NCBI GenBank assembly: GCA_031555145.1 | Contig: JAVBUR010000040.1 | Location: 1 to 42,853 of the forward strand | Origin: Tannerellaceae bacterium | Lineage (GTDB): Bacteria > Bacteroidota > Bacteroidia > Bacteroidales > Tannerellaceae | Reading direction: 5' to 3' | DNA length: 42,853 nt | Program-made: the position numbers and the translations under genes | The notes under the pieces: model-generated | Told to the model about the DNA's origin: nothing | The model's input: the letters and a program-made list of their open reading frames with translations, nothing else | Databases searched by the model: none | Part shown: one piece after another, positions 10,119-18,552 of the stretch | Layout: every line of letters begins with the position of its first letter | Position numbering within the stretch: the stretch's first letter is position 1

Positions 10119-11420
10119 ATGCGACGGAAGTGGTTATTCTGGATCATCGCCTGTATCCTGTCGGGATCACTGATCGGTATCGGTTGGGTATTTTTCCGCG
10201 AAGACATCACATCGTTATGGGTAATCGAAGGGATTGCGATGATCGCGATCCTGTTGGCAGTCCTGCTCTACCAGAAGTTGATCAAACCCTACAACCTGAT
10301 ACTAAGCGGTATGCAACTGCTGAATGAACAGGACTTCTCCACCAGCCTTCGTCCTGTTAAAAACAAGGATGCCGACCAGTTGATCAGTGTATTCAACCGG
10401 ATGATCACCCACCTCAGGCACGAACGGCTATTGGTTCGCGAGAAGAACCAGTTTCTCGACCTGCTGATCAATGCTTCGCCACAAGGTATCATCATTCTCA
10501 ATTTCGACCGCCGCATCACCGAAGCGAATGCTTCCGGACTCAAATTGCTGGGAGTTGACAGCCTGACCGATATACAAGGACTGCGCTTCGACGAACTGAC
10601 CTTCGAACTGGCACCTTCCCTCGCCGCACTGAAACCAGGCGAAGACGTCATCATCCGCGGTGCAGGAGGCTATGCCTACCGCTGTGTCTATTCGTCGTTT
10701 GTGGATAACGGTTTCGACCATCCCTTTATCCTGATTGAGGAACTCAGTCATGAGTTGATTAAGATCGAAAAGGCGTCCTACGACCGGATTATCCGCATGA
10801 TGTCGCACGAAGTGAATAATTCCGTCGGGGCTATCGGAGCTACATTGAATGTCGTTTCCGATATCTTCCGGCATGATGAGGCACAACGCTGGGATGACGT
10901 CCTGCCGGCCGTCGAAGCCTCTTATGAACGTTGTGGCCGGTTGGCACACTTTATCGGCAATCTGGCCGAAGTTGTCAAGATACCCGAACCGTCCCTGTCG
11001 GATATTTCCCTCAACGAGCAGGTTCGGTCGGTATACGCCCTCACCAGCAGCGAATGCCGACAACGCGACATCACACTAACACTATCACTGGCCGAGCCCG
11101 ACACCCTGATCCGGGTAGACGGTATTCAGTTCGAACAGGTGCTGGTAAATATTATCAAGAATGCCTATGAAGCCATCGGCACCCACGGTGAGATACGGAT
11201 TGCCACCACAGCCTCTCCCCTCTCCATCCGGATAGAGAACAACGGCCCTGCTATCGACGAGGCTGTCCGCCAGAAACTCTTCACCCCCTTCTTCACGACA
11301 AAGACTACCGGACACGGTATCGGACTGATGTTTGTTCGCGACGTCCTCATCAACCACCACTGCAAATTCAATCTCAGCAGTCAGGACGGATGGACACGGT
11401 TTGAAATCCTTTTTACCTGA
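10119..11420 (+). CDS. sensor histidine kinase (two TM helices with a minimal extracytoplasmic loop, PAS-like, HisKA, HATPase_c)
   Basis: TM1 LFWIIACILSGSLIGIGWVFF and TM2 WVIEGIAMIAILLAVLLY are separated by about 7 residues. H-box MSHEVNNSVGAI. G-boxes ...NNGPAIDE... and GHGIGL. The start is adjacent to the response-regulator stop. Confidence 0.85.
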   Translation: MRRKWLFWIIACILSGSLIGIGWVFFREDITSLWVIEGIAMIAILLAVLLYQKLIKPYNLILSGMQLLNEQDFSTSLRPVKNKDADQLISVFNRMITHLRHERLLVREKNQFLDLLINASPQGIIILNFDRRITEANASGLKLLGVDSLTDIQGLRFDELTFELAPSLAALKPGEDVIIRGAGGYAYRCVYSSFVDNGFDHPFILIEELSHELIKIEKASYDRIIRMMSHEVNNSVGAIGATLNVVSDIFRHDEAQRWDDVLPAVEASYERCGRLAHFIGNLAEVVKIPEPSLSDISLNEQVRSVYALTSSECRQRDITLTLSLAEPDTLIRVDGIQFEQVLVNIIKNAYEAIGTHGEIRIATTASPLSIRIENNGPAIDEAVRQKLFTPFFTTKTTGHGIGLMFVRDVLINHHCKFNLSSQDGWTRFEILFT

Positions 11421-11432
11421 TCACAAAAAGAA

Positions 11433-11454
11433 AGCCGGACATCAACATCCGGCT
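11433..11454. terminator. bidirectional hairpin terminator between convergent genes
   Basis: aGCCGGAcatcaacaTCCGGCt: a 6-7 bp GC-rich stem between the HK stop (11420) and the stop of the minus-strand lipoprotein (11487). Confidence 0.5.
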
Positions 11455-11486
11455 TCTCCTGTTAAACTAAAATGTACTTGCCAAAC

Positions 11487-11837
11487 TTATTTTACGCCTT
11501 TTTCTTTAACGGTCACTGACAATGTTACTGACTTACCATCCTTATCCTTTACAGTAACTGTAGCTGTTCCTTTCTTGACACCTTTTACGGTAAAGTCTTT
11601 CTTTGTATCCGCAACAGTAGCGATGTCTTTGCTGGACGATTCTACTTTATAAGGAGGAATACCACCTTTAATGTTGACCGTCTTTGATGTAGCACCTTCT
11701 GCCACTTCGATCTTGGTTTCGCTCAACGACAGTTTTACCGGTTTCGGATCATCTTTATCGCAACTTACCAGAAAAGCAGTTGCCAATACAGCCACACAGA
11801 AAACAGTTTTGATACCGGATAAATGGAAATTTTTCAT
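11487..11837 (-). CDS. small lipoprotein with bacterial Ig-like (BIG2) domain
   Basis: Start chosen at MKNFHLSGIKTVFCVAVLATAFLVSC (signal peptide with lipobox LVSC). Repetitive KGxKKGTATVTVKDKDGKSVTLSVTV is typical of Big_2. The ORF track extension to 11876 adds a non-signal N-terminus. Confidence 0.55.
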   Translation of the reverse strand: MKNFHLSGIKTVFCVAVLATAFLVSCDKDDPKPVKLSLSETKIEVAEGATSKTVNIKGGIPPYKVESSSKDIATVADTKKDFTVKGVKKGTATVTVKDKDGKSVTLSVTVKEKGVK

Positions 11838-11987
11838 GTTGAAATAATTAAATGTTAATAAATAAGATATTGTCAATTAAGTAAGGCGTTCGGCATGAAG
11901 GATCGCCTTTCATATATATTGATGCCAACCCGATGCTAAAGACTGCATGCCCGATGAAAAAAATAATCATTTATATTCGGGAATCTC

Positions 11988-13169
11988 TCAAAAGACATAC
12001 CGGATCCCGGAACCAATCCCTGGGAGCAAGGGCTTTTCCGTACGAATGCTGAGCGGTTGACTATTATTGAAATAATACGACAATTTGGGTTCCAGATAGA
12101 TTTCCCAATCTTTCGACAAACGATAGGATATCCCTGCCGACAGTTGTAACGACCATTGCCAGCCATCCATCCGGGCCTTCCGTTCGACCACCTTGTCAGA
12201 CGCATATAATCGCTGTGTCAATTCAGCCTGCAAACCTTTTTCAGCCATTATTCCGCCCGAAGTATACAACCGCCAACTCGGATGACTCTGCCACAGGTTG
12301 GCGGTGAATGACAAGGGAATGCCTATATAATGTAGTTTCAAATCGGCTTTATACATATAATTCACATCCCTGTAGGACGTTGAAAGATAGCTATACATCA
12401 CGCCTGTCTCCACACCGAATGTCTGGTTTAACTCTTTATGTACCAATACCCCGACTGAAAACGGCGGAGCAAACCCCAGGTCAGTGATTGCTGTTGGATC
12501 AGGCAAGAACTCGGGTCCCTGGCTCAGCAATGGTGAGTCATTATCAGTCTTACTGCCCGACATGGAGACAGTCGCCGCCAGCGTCCATGCCCGTGATGAC
12601 TTTGCCCGGTTCGGTTTATCTTGTTTTGTGTATGGACGGTATCCGGAAGGACGTTTACCGGAAGGAGTAGGCGGACCAACGGATTGATCCGCCCGGGGAA
12701 CTGCCAGTGTAGTCGCCTCGGCAGTTTCTCCCTCCCTTTCTTCCGGTACAGCAGATGTGTCAGGGGGAACATCTGCTGCTTCCCGTTCAGCAATTACAGC
12801 CGGAGCAACGTATCGTTCTTCCGACAGTAACGGAACGGAAGTTTCACTTCCGGAAGTACTTCCGATAACCTGTTCTTGTTTTTTAATATCCTGCCTGGCA
12901 ACTGTTCCTACGGGAAGAAGTTGATCATCCTCCGTTATCCTCGCCAGAGAAAATACCAGCAGAAAGAGTGCCGCGACCATAGCAGCTGATCCGACCACAC
13001 GCAGAAATAGTTTCGCTGTTCTCCTTCGGTTCAAGCTTCGGTCTATGCGTTTCCAACAATCCTCATCCACTTCAAACGAGTAGTTCTCGATCGTTTGCTG
13101 TATGTATTGATTGAATAGTTCCTGTTTTGCAGGAAAGTTGTTATTGTGCGTGTGCATACATTTGTTCAT
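11988..13169 (-). CDS. ECF sigma-associated membrane protein (putative anti-sigma factor) with C-terminal OMP beta-barrel-like domain
   Basis: Overlaps the stop of the upstream ECF sigma gene. About 55 aa cytoplasmic N-terminus, one TM (LFLRVVGSAAMVAALFLLVF), about 150 aa Pro/Ser/Thr/Glu-rich low-complexity linker, then a C-terminal ~170 aa region with alternating hydrophobic strands ending GIGSGIRYVF (OMP beta-signal-like). Confidence 0.6.
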   Translation of the reverse strand: MNKCMHTHNNNFPAKQELFNQYIQQTIENYSFEVDEDCWKRIDRSLNRRRTAKLFLRVVGSAAMVAALFLLVFSLARITEDDQLLPVGTVARQDIKKQEQVIGSTSGSETSVPLLSEERYVAPAVIAEREAADVPPDTSAVPEEREGETAEATTLAVPRADQSVGPPTPSGKRPSGYRPYTKQDKPNRAKSSRAWTLAATVSMSGSKTDNDSPLLSQGPEFLPDPTAITDLGFAPPFSVGVLVHKELNQTFGVETGVMYSYLSTSYRDVNYMYKADLKLHYIGIPLSFTANLWQSHPSWRLYTSGGIMAEKGLQAELTQRLYASDKVVERKARMDGWQWSLQLSAGISYRLSKDWEIYLEPKLSYYFNNSQPLSIRTEKPLLPGIGSGIRYVF

Positions 13170-13773
13170 TTACTGATGTTATCATTTTCTGGAGTATCTT
13201 CCGCGCCCGGGTCAATTGGGACTGTGAAGTACTTTCCTTGATATTCAACATAGCGGCAATCTCGCTATGCGAGTAACCTTCCACCACGTAGAGATTGAAA
13301 ACCGTACCATACCCCGCCGGCAGGCGGGCAATACAGTCATACAGTTCATCAGCCGATATCTTACTCAGCACCGAAGGATTCATATCGTCTTCCATCAGGG
13401 CACAATCTTCTACCGGTACATTCAGTTTAAAGACATTATTCTGGCGTAAATACTCAAGGGAGGTGGTTACAAAGATGCGTCTCACCCATCCGGCAAAAGA
13501 TCCCTCACCCTTATAGGATCCAATATGGGTAAAGAGTTTAACAAACCCCTCCTGTAAGAGGTCTTGTGCCGTGTCCGGATCATTATTCACATACCTGCGA
13601 CAGACCCCCAACATAACAGGAGCATATGTTGTATACAATAATCGTTGAGATTTGGCGTCACCTCGTAAGCATCCGTTAATCAAAGACTGTTCGTCCGTGA
13701 TTGAAGGCGTTTTCATCACATTCATAGTCATCCGGATGCGTTTGATACCGACATCCGATTTTATGATGCACAA
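13141..13773 (-). CDS. RNA polymerase ECF-type sigma-70 factor
   Basis: Region 2 (LLQEGFVKLFTHIGSYKGEGSFAGWVRRI) and region 4 HTH (VVEGYSHSEIAAMLNIKESTSQSQLTRARKIL). The true start may be an internal Met (MTMNVMKTPSITDEQ, around 13716-13731). The longest ORF is given. Confidence 0.75.
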   Translation of the reverse strand: MCIIKSDVGIKRIRMTMNVMKTPSITDEQSLINGCLRGDAKSQRLLYTTYAPVMLGVCRRYVNNDPDTAQDLLQEGFVKLFTHIGSYKGEGSFAGWVRRIFVTTSLEYLRQNNVFKLNVPVEDCALMEDDMNPSVLSKISADELYDCIARLPAGYGTVFNLYVVEGYSHSEIAAMLNIKESTSQSQLTRARKILQKMITSVNEQMYAHAQ

Positions 13774-13818
13774 AACGGACGAAACACTGCACGCCCATTC
13801 ATTAAATTTCAGAAAAAA

Positions 13819-14991
13819 TTATTCGTCGAGTTTATTCCGGTCGTACGACGGTCGAGTGAGGAATATATAGACAACAAGGGAGAGCAGGCAACAAACGGCG
13901 CCAACCAGATAGGCGGCAGCCAAACTGAACCAGGAAGAGATAAAGCCGGTAGCCAAGGTGCCGATACCCACACCCAGGTCGAAAGACGTCAGATAGGTGG
14001 AAGTAGCTGTTCCCCGCAGGTGATGGGGAGCCACATTGACAAATAAACACTGGAAAGCCGGTACACAAACACCGAAGCTTAACCCGATAGCCAATGCGCA
14101 AACAAAAAACGCAGCCTGCACATGCCACAAGGCAAAGACAGCGAATGAGATGGCCAGGCTGATAATGGCGCTAATCGCCACATGGTGAATCTTTCCCCGA
14201 TCCACCAATCGTCCCGATACCAAACGGGCCACACCTACTCCACCAGCAAAAAAAATAAAGAAGTAGCCCGGATCAGGCACATTGATTTCCCGTCCGTAAA
14301 GCACGACAAACGAGATGATCATCCCATAAGGTATTGCCACCAGCATATAGGAAAGGGCGGCGGGCAACGCCTTGACAAGGATAAAACGGTCGAGCGAGAA
14401 CGACGGCCGTTCCACTTTTTCGCGTTTCGGATACTGAATCATAGAGACAGAGAACACCCCCGCAACCGCCAATGCCAGACTCACACCCACCAACGGATGA
14501 AAACCATGGGCACCATAAAAAGCAACAGCAAACAACGGGGCAAGCGACATCGACAGATTGACCGTCAGTCCATAAAACCCCATTCCCTCACCTCTTCGTT
14601 GCGATGGGATCACGTCGATGGCAATCGTATTACCCGCCACGGAAGTCAATCCCATAAAACCACCCTGAATAAAGCGGACAGCCATCACCGTCAGCACACT
14701 GGCAGCAAAGAAATACCCACCAAACATCCCGGCAAACAGGATAAATGACAACAAATAGAGTGGCTTACGCGAAAACACATCCACGATATAGCCGGAAAAC
14801 GGACGGACACACAGCAACCCGATCGTATAACTCGACAAGGCGATTCCCACCTCCGACGTGTCGATCCCTAATTCCTCCACCAGATATACCGGCATAGTAG
14901 GCATCAACATATAGAAGGAAATATTCATCAGGAAGTATGAGATACAACACTGGATGAAGTTCTTGTTCCAAAGTACAGGCTTATCCGCCAT
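13819..14991 (-). CDS. MFS transporter
   Basis: 390 aa, about 12 predicted TM helices. MFS-like motifs (GYIVDVFSRKP, loop RLVSGRLVDRGK). Confidence 0.8.
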   Translation of the reverse strand: MADKPVLWNKNFIQCCISYFLMNISFYMLMPTMPVYLVEELGIDTSEVGIALSSYTIGLLCVRPFSGYIVDVFSRKPLYLLSFILFAGMFGGYFFAASVLTVMAVRFIQGGFMGLTSVAGNTIAIDVIPSQRRGEGMGFYGLTVNLSMSLAPLFAVAFYGAHGFHPLVGVSLALAVAGVFSVSMIQYPKREKVERPSFSLDRFILVKALPAALSYMLVAIPYGMIISFVVLYGREINVPDPGYFFIFFAGGVGVARLVSGRLVDRGKIHHVAISAIISLAISFAVFALWHVQAAFFVCALAIGLSFGVCVPAFQCLFVNVAPHHLRGTATSTYLTSFDLGVGIGTLATGFISSWFSLAAAYLVGAVCCLLSLVVYIFLTRPSYDRNKLDE

Positions 14992-15048
14992 CTGAATTCC
15001 TATCGACTAATACCTAATTAAGAACTACTAACTACCCTCTATACAACC

Positions 15049-16932
15049 TTACGCTAACTCGCTCAGTTCAAGCCAGCGCATGGTTTTTTCGTCAATTTCA
15101 TCCATTACCTGTGCGATACGAGCTGACTTGACCATCAGTTCATCGTTCGATAGGGTGCCGCTGCTCATAGCCACTTCCAACGCCACCTTCTCTTCTTCGA
15201 GACGAGGAATATCGGCTTCCAGCGCTTCAAACTCACGCTGTTCCTTGAAAGAAAGTTTCTTCTTCGGTTCGGACGACGAACGTTGGGGTTTCTCTGCCGC
15301 TACGGGCTGTTTGGTCTGACGGGCGGCTTCGGCTTCCTTCTCCTGTAAGAGCTGTACCTCCTGCCATTCGCGGTAGAGGGTGTAGTTACCGGGGAAGTCT
15401 TTAATATCGGCATCTCCACGGAAGACCAGTACATGATCGACTACCTTATCCATAAAGTAACGGTCGTGCGAGACTACGATCACGCAGCCTTTAAACTGTT
15501 GCAGGTATTCTTCGAGTACGTTGAGAGTAACGATATCGAGGTCGTTTGTCGGTTCATCCAGTACCAGGAAGTTGGGACTACCCATCAAGACGGTACAAAG
15601 ATAGAGACGACGTTTCTCTCCCCCGCTCAGCTTATAGACATAGCTATGCTGCTTCTCGGGCGTGAAGAGGAAATAGTTGAGGAACTGCGAGACACCCATC
15701 TTCCGACCATCACCGAGATCGACAAATTCGGCAATATCCTGCACGACGTCGATCACCTTCATCTGTTCGTCAAACTGCAGGCCATCCTGGCTGTAATAGC
15801 CGAAGCGAACGGTCTCACCAATATCAAAATGCCCGCTGTCGGGTACCACTTCGCCCATCAGCATCTTGATAAAAGTAGACTTACCGGTACCGTTGTTGCC
15901 CACAATGCCCAGTTTCTCGTAGCGGGCAAAGGTATAATTGAAATCTTCCGTGATGTGGACCGTATCGAACCGTTTGGAGACGTGTACGGCATCAAATATT
16001 TTGGAGCCGATATAGGCGGCTTTCACATCGAGGTTTACCCGGGCGTTGTCGCGCCGTTGCTTGGCTTGCTTCTCCAGTTCATAGAAAGCGTCGATGCGGT
16101 ATTTGGCTTTTGTGCCCCGTGCCTGCGGTTGGCGGCGCATCCAGTCGAGTTCCTTGCGGTAGAGGTTATTGGCACGTTCCACATCCGAATGGAAAGCATC
16201 GATACGCTCCTGGCGTTTTTCGAGGTAATAGCTGTAGTTGCCTTTGTATGGATACAACATGCCGTGATCGATCTCGATGATCTCGTTGCATACGCGGTCG
16301 AGGAAGTAGCGGTCGTGTGTCACCATCAACAGGCTGATATTGGCACGACTGAGGTAACCTTCCAGCCACTCGGTCATATCAAGGTCGAGGTGATTGGTCG
16401 GCTCATCGAGCAGAATCAGTTCAGGTTCGTTGATCAGGACGTTCGCCAGGGCGACACGTTTCAACTGGCCTCCCGACAGGGTTTCCACCTTCTGATCGAA
16501 ATGCACGATCTTGAGTTGGCCGAGGATCTGCTTAGCACGCTGCTCATAGTCCCAGGCCTTGTGATGATCCATCCGGGTGAGGATATCTTCCATATGGGAG
16601 GTATCTCCACCGGACATAGCAGCTTCATACTCGGCAATCAGTTGCACGGTTTCATTGGCTGCATAGAAGCAGGCTTGCAATACGGTCAGTCCGGCGGGAT
16701 AGGCGGGCGACTGTTCGAGGTAGCCTACACGAAGGTCATTGCGGAAGACGACCGACCCGCTATCATAATCTTCCTTACCGGAAATGATATTCATCAGGGT
16801 TGTCTTACCCGTCCCGTTCTTGGCGATCAGGCCGATCTTCTGCCCCTGCACCACTCCAAAGGTCATATCTTCGAAGAGAACTGTTTCACCAAAACTCTTT
16901 GTCAATTTATCGATTTGCAGGTAGCTGACCAT
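15049..16932 (-). CDS. ABC-F family ATPase (Uup/EttA-like, two ABC domains plus C-terminal coiled-coil)
   Basis: Two Walker A sites (GLIAKNGTGKTT, GIVGNNGTGKST), two signatures (LSGGQLKRVALA, LSGGEKRRLYL), no TM segments, charged C-terminal coiled-coil tail. Confidence 0.9.
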   Translation of the reverse strand: MVSYLQIDKLTKSFGETVLFEDMTFGVVQGQKIGLIAKNGTGKTTLMNIISGKEDYDSGSVVFRNDLRVGYLEQSPAYPAGLTVLQACFYAANETVQLIAEYEAAMSGGDTSHMEDILTRMDHHKAWDYEQRAKQILGQLKIVHFDQKVETLSGGQLKRVALANVLINEPELILLDEPTNHLDLDMTEWLEGYLSRANISLLMVTHDRYFLDRVCNEIIEIDHGMLYPYKGNYSYYLEKRQERIDAFHSDVERANNLYRKELDWMRRQPQARGTKAKYRIDAFYELEKQAKQRRDNARVNLDVKAAYIGSKIFDAVHVSKRFDTVHITEDFNYTFARYEKLGIVGNNGTGKSTFIKMLMGEVVPDSGHFDIGETVRFGYYSQDGLQFDEQMKVIDVVQDIAEFVDLGDGRKMGVSQFLNYFLFTPEKQHSYVYKLSGGEKRRLYLCTVLMGSPNFLVLDEPTNDLDIVTLNVLEEYLQQFKGCVIVVSHDRYFMDKVVDHVLVFRGDADIKDFPGNYTLYREWQEVQLLQEKEAEAARQTKQPVAAEKPQRSSSEPKKKLSFKEQREFEALEADIPRLEEEKVALEVAMSSGTLSNDELMVKSARIAQVMDEIDEKTMRWLELSELA

Positions 16933-16966
16933 ATCTGTTCTTCCTTTCTTTCTTCGTTTCGGAGGG

Positions 16967-16974
16967 CAAAGGTA
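16967..16974 (-). promoter_or_regulatory. candidate Bacteroidetes -7 box (TAnnTTTG) for ABC-F gene
   Basis: Minus strand reads TACCTTTG, about 35 nt upstream of ATG 16932. Confidence 0.35.
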
Positions 16975-17060
16975 GGCAAACGGAGGCGAAGAAGGTAAGA
17001 AACAGACGGGAAGTTTTCAGAAAAACGCTAAACAGTCAAAATAATATGGGTGATTATTCC

Positions 17061-17068
17061 TACCTTTG
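17061..17068 (+). promoter_or_regulatory. candidate Bacteroidetes -7 box (TAnnTTTG) for transporter-kinase-murQ operon
   Basis: TACCTTTG, 39 nt upstream of ATG 17107. Part of an 11-bp inverted repeat with 16966-16976. Confidence 0.35.
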
Positions 17069-17106
17069 CGGCGTTATAAAACTCACTAAATAAAGGAAAA
17101 ACCGTC

Positions 17107-18537
17107 ATGCTGACTGTAATGATTCTCGTATTCCTGGTCGGTTACCTGCTGATCGCACTGGAACACCCAATCAAAGTTAACAAGGCCGGAACAGCATTGC
17201 TGACCGGAACGATTCTCTGGGTTATTTACACTTTTATCGCACAAGACTACATCCCGACTGTCTCGGCAGATGCTTTCCGTCTCTTTCTGGAAGCCAATCC
17301 GGTGATGAAATCCATTCCGTTTGCGGATCAATGTTTCCACTTTGTGGTCGAGCACCAGATTTTGGAAACGATCGGTGAAATCTGCGAAACGTTAATCTTC
17401 CTTGTCGGAGCCATGGTAACGGTGGAACTGATCGACTCCCACGGGGGCTTCATGTTCATCATCAACCGGATAACCACACGCAACAAACGCAAGCTACTGG
17501 TGCTGATCGCCGTCATCACCTTCTTTATGTCGGCTGTATTGGATAACCTGACCACATCGATCGTTATGATTATGCTGATCCGTAAGTTACTGGGTAACTA
17601 TAAGGAAAGGTGGGTATTCGGCAGCATCATTATCATTGCCGCCAACAGTGGGGGTGCCTGGTCACCGATCGGCGATGTGACAACAATTATGTTGTGGGTA
17701 CGGGGAAATATCTCTACCTCTGCCACCATTCCGCACCTGATCATTCCAAGCATCGTTTCCGCACTGATACCGGTATTACTTATCCTGCCTCGTTTACATG
17801 GCAATATCACGCCTCCCAATACATTCGCAGTAGATAACAACGAACTACTATTGAAGGAACTGCCCAATAAAGATAAGTTATCTATCCTGATACTCGGGGT
17901 AGCTTGCCTGTTGTTCGTTCCCATCTTCAAGACGGTCACACACCTGCCTCCCTTTATGGGTATTCTGATGGGCGTAGGTCTATTGTGGGTATTCACAGAG
18001 ATTATGTATCAACGCAACACCATGGAAGAAAGTATGAAGCTGCGCCTGTCGAAAGTGGTACAGCGCATTGATGGTTCTACCCTGCTGTTCTTCCTCGGCA
18101 TCCTGTTGGCGGTGGATGCACTCCGATGCAGCGGTATCCTGGGTAGCTTTTCCACCTGGATGGATGAAACGATCGGGAATGTATATGCAGTCAACCTGGT
18201 CATTGGCGCCATGTCGGCTATTGTGGATAATGTGCCGCTGGTAGCCGGGGCAATCGGCATGTATCCGGTAGCCAATGAAGCGATGGTGGCGGCGGCTGCC
18301 GATCCCACCTATATGGCTCACTTTATGGAAGATGGCGCCTTCTGGCAATTCCTGGCCTATTGTGCCGGTGTGGGAGGCAGTATGCTGATCATCGGATCGG
18401 CTGCCGGCGTAGTCGTGATGGGACTGGAACGGATCAACTTCATCTGGTATCTGAAGCATATTTCCTGGATAGCCGCCCTCGGTTATCTGGCTGGTGCCGG
18501 TGTTTATTTGTTTCAGGAGTACTGCCTGTCCTTTTAA
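17107..18537 (+). CDS. NhaD/ArsB-superfamily membrane transporter (Na+/H+ antiporter NhaD-like; possible MurNAc transporter)
   Basis: 476 aa polytopic membrane protein. N-terminus MLTVMILVFLVGYLLIALEHPIKVNKAGTALLTG resembles NhaD/citrate-transporter-fold proteins. First gene of a tight operon with a sugar kinase and MurQ. Confidence 0.7.
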   Translation: MLTVMILVFLVGYLLIALEHPIKVNKAGTALLTGTILWVIYTFIAQDYIPTVSADAFRLFLEANPVMKSIPFADQCFHFVVEHQILETIGEICETLIFLVGAMVTVELIDSHGGFMFIINRITTRNKRKLLVLIAVITFFMSAVLDNLTTSIVMIMLIRKLLGNYKERWVFGSIIIIAANSGGAWSPIGDVTTIMLWVRGNISTSATIPHLIIPSIVSALIPVLLILPRLHGNITPPNTFAVDNNELLLKELPNKDKLSILILGVACLLFVPIFKTVTHLPPFMGILMGVGLLWVFTEIMYQRNTMEESMKLRLSKVVQRIDGSTLLFFLGILLAVDALRCSGILGSFSTWMDETIGNVYAVNLVIGAMSAIVDNVPLVAGAIGMYPVANEAMVAAAADPTYMAHFMEDGAFWQFLAYCAGVGGSMLIIGSAAGVVVMGLERINFIWYLKHISWIAALGYLAGAGVYLFQEYCLSF

Positions 18538-18552
18538 GTTTGTCCATCCACT

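Noticed and set aside
11895-11921. AAGGCG-(16 nt)-CGCCTT stem-loop downstream of the minus-strand anti-sigma-like gene as its terminator
   Set aside because: The stem is short (6 bp), the loop long, and the T-tract on the minus strand weak. It was not listed as a feature.
15433-16998. 521-aa ORF antisense to the ABC-F gene
   Set aside because: It lies fully inside a gene with two clear ABC domains. Its translation is low-complexity with no motifs. It is a typical GC-rich antisense shadow ORF.
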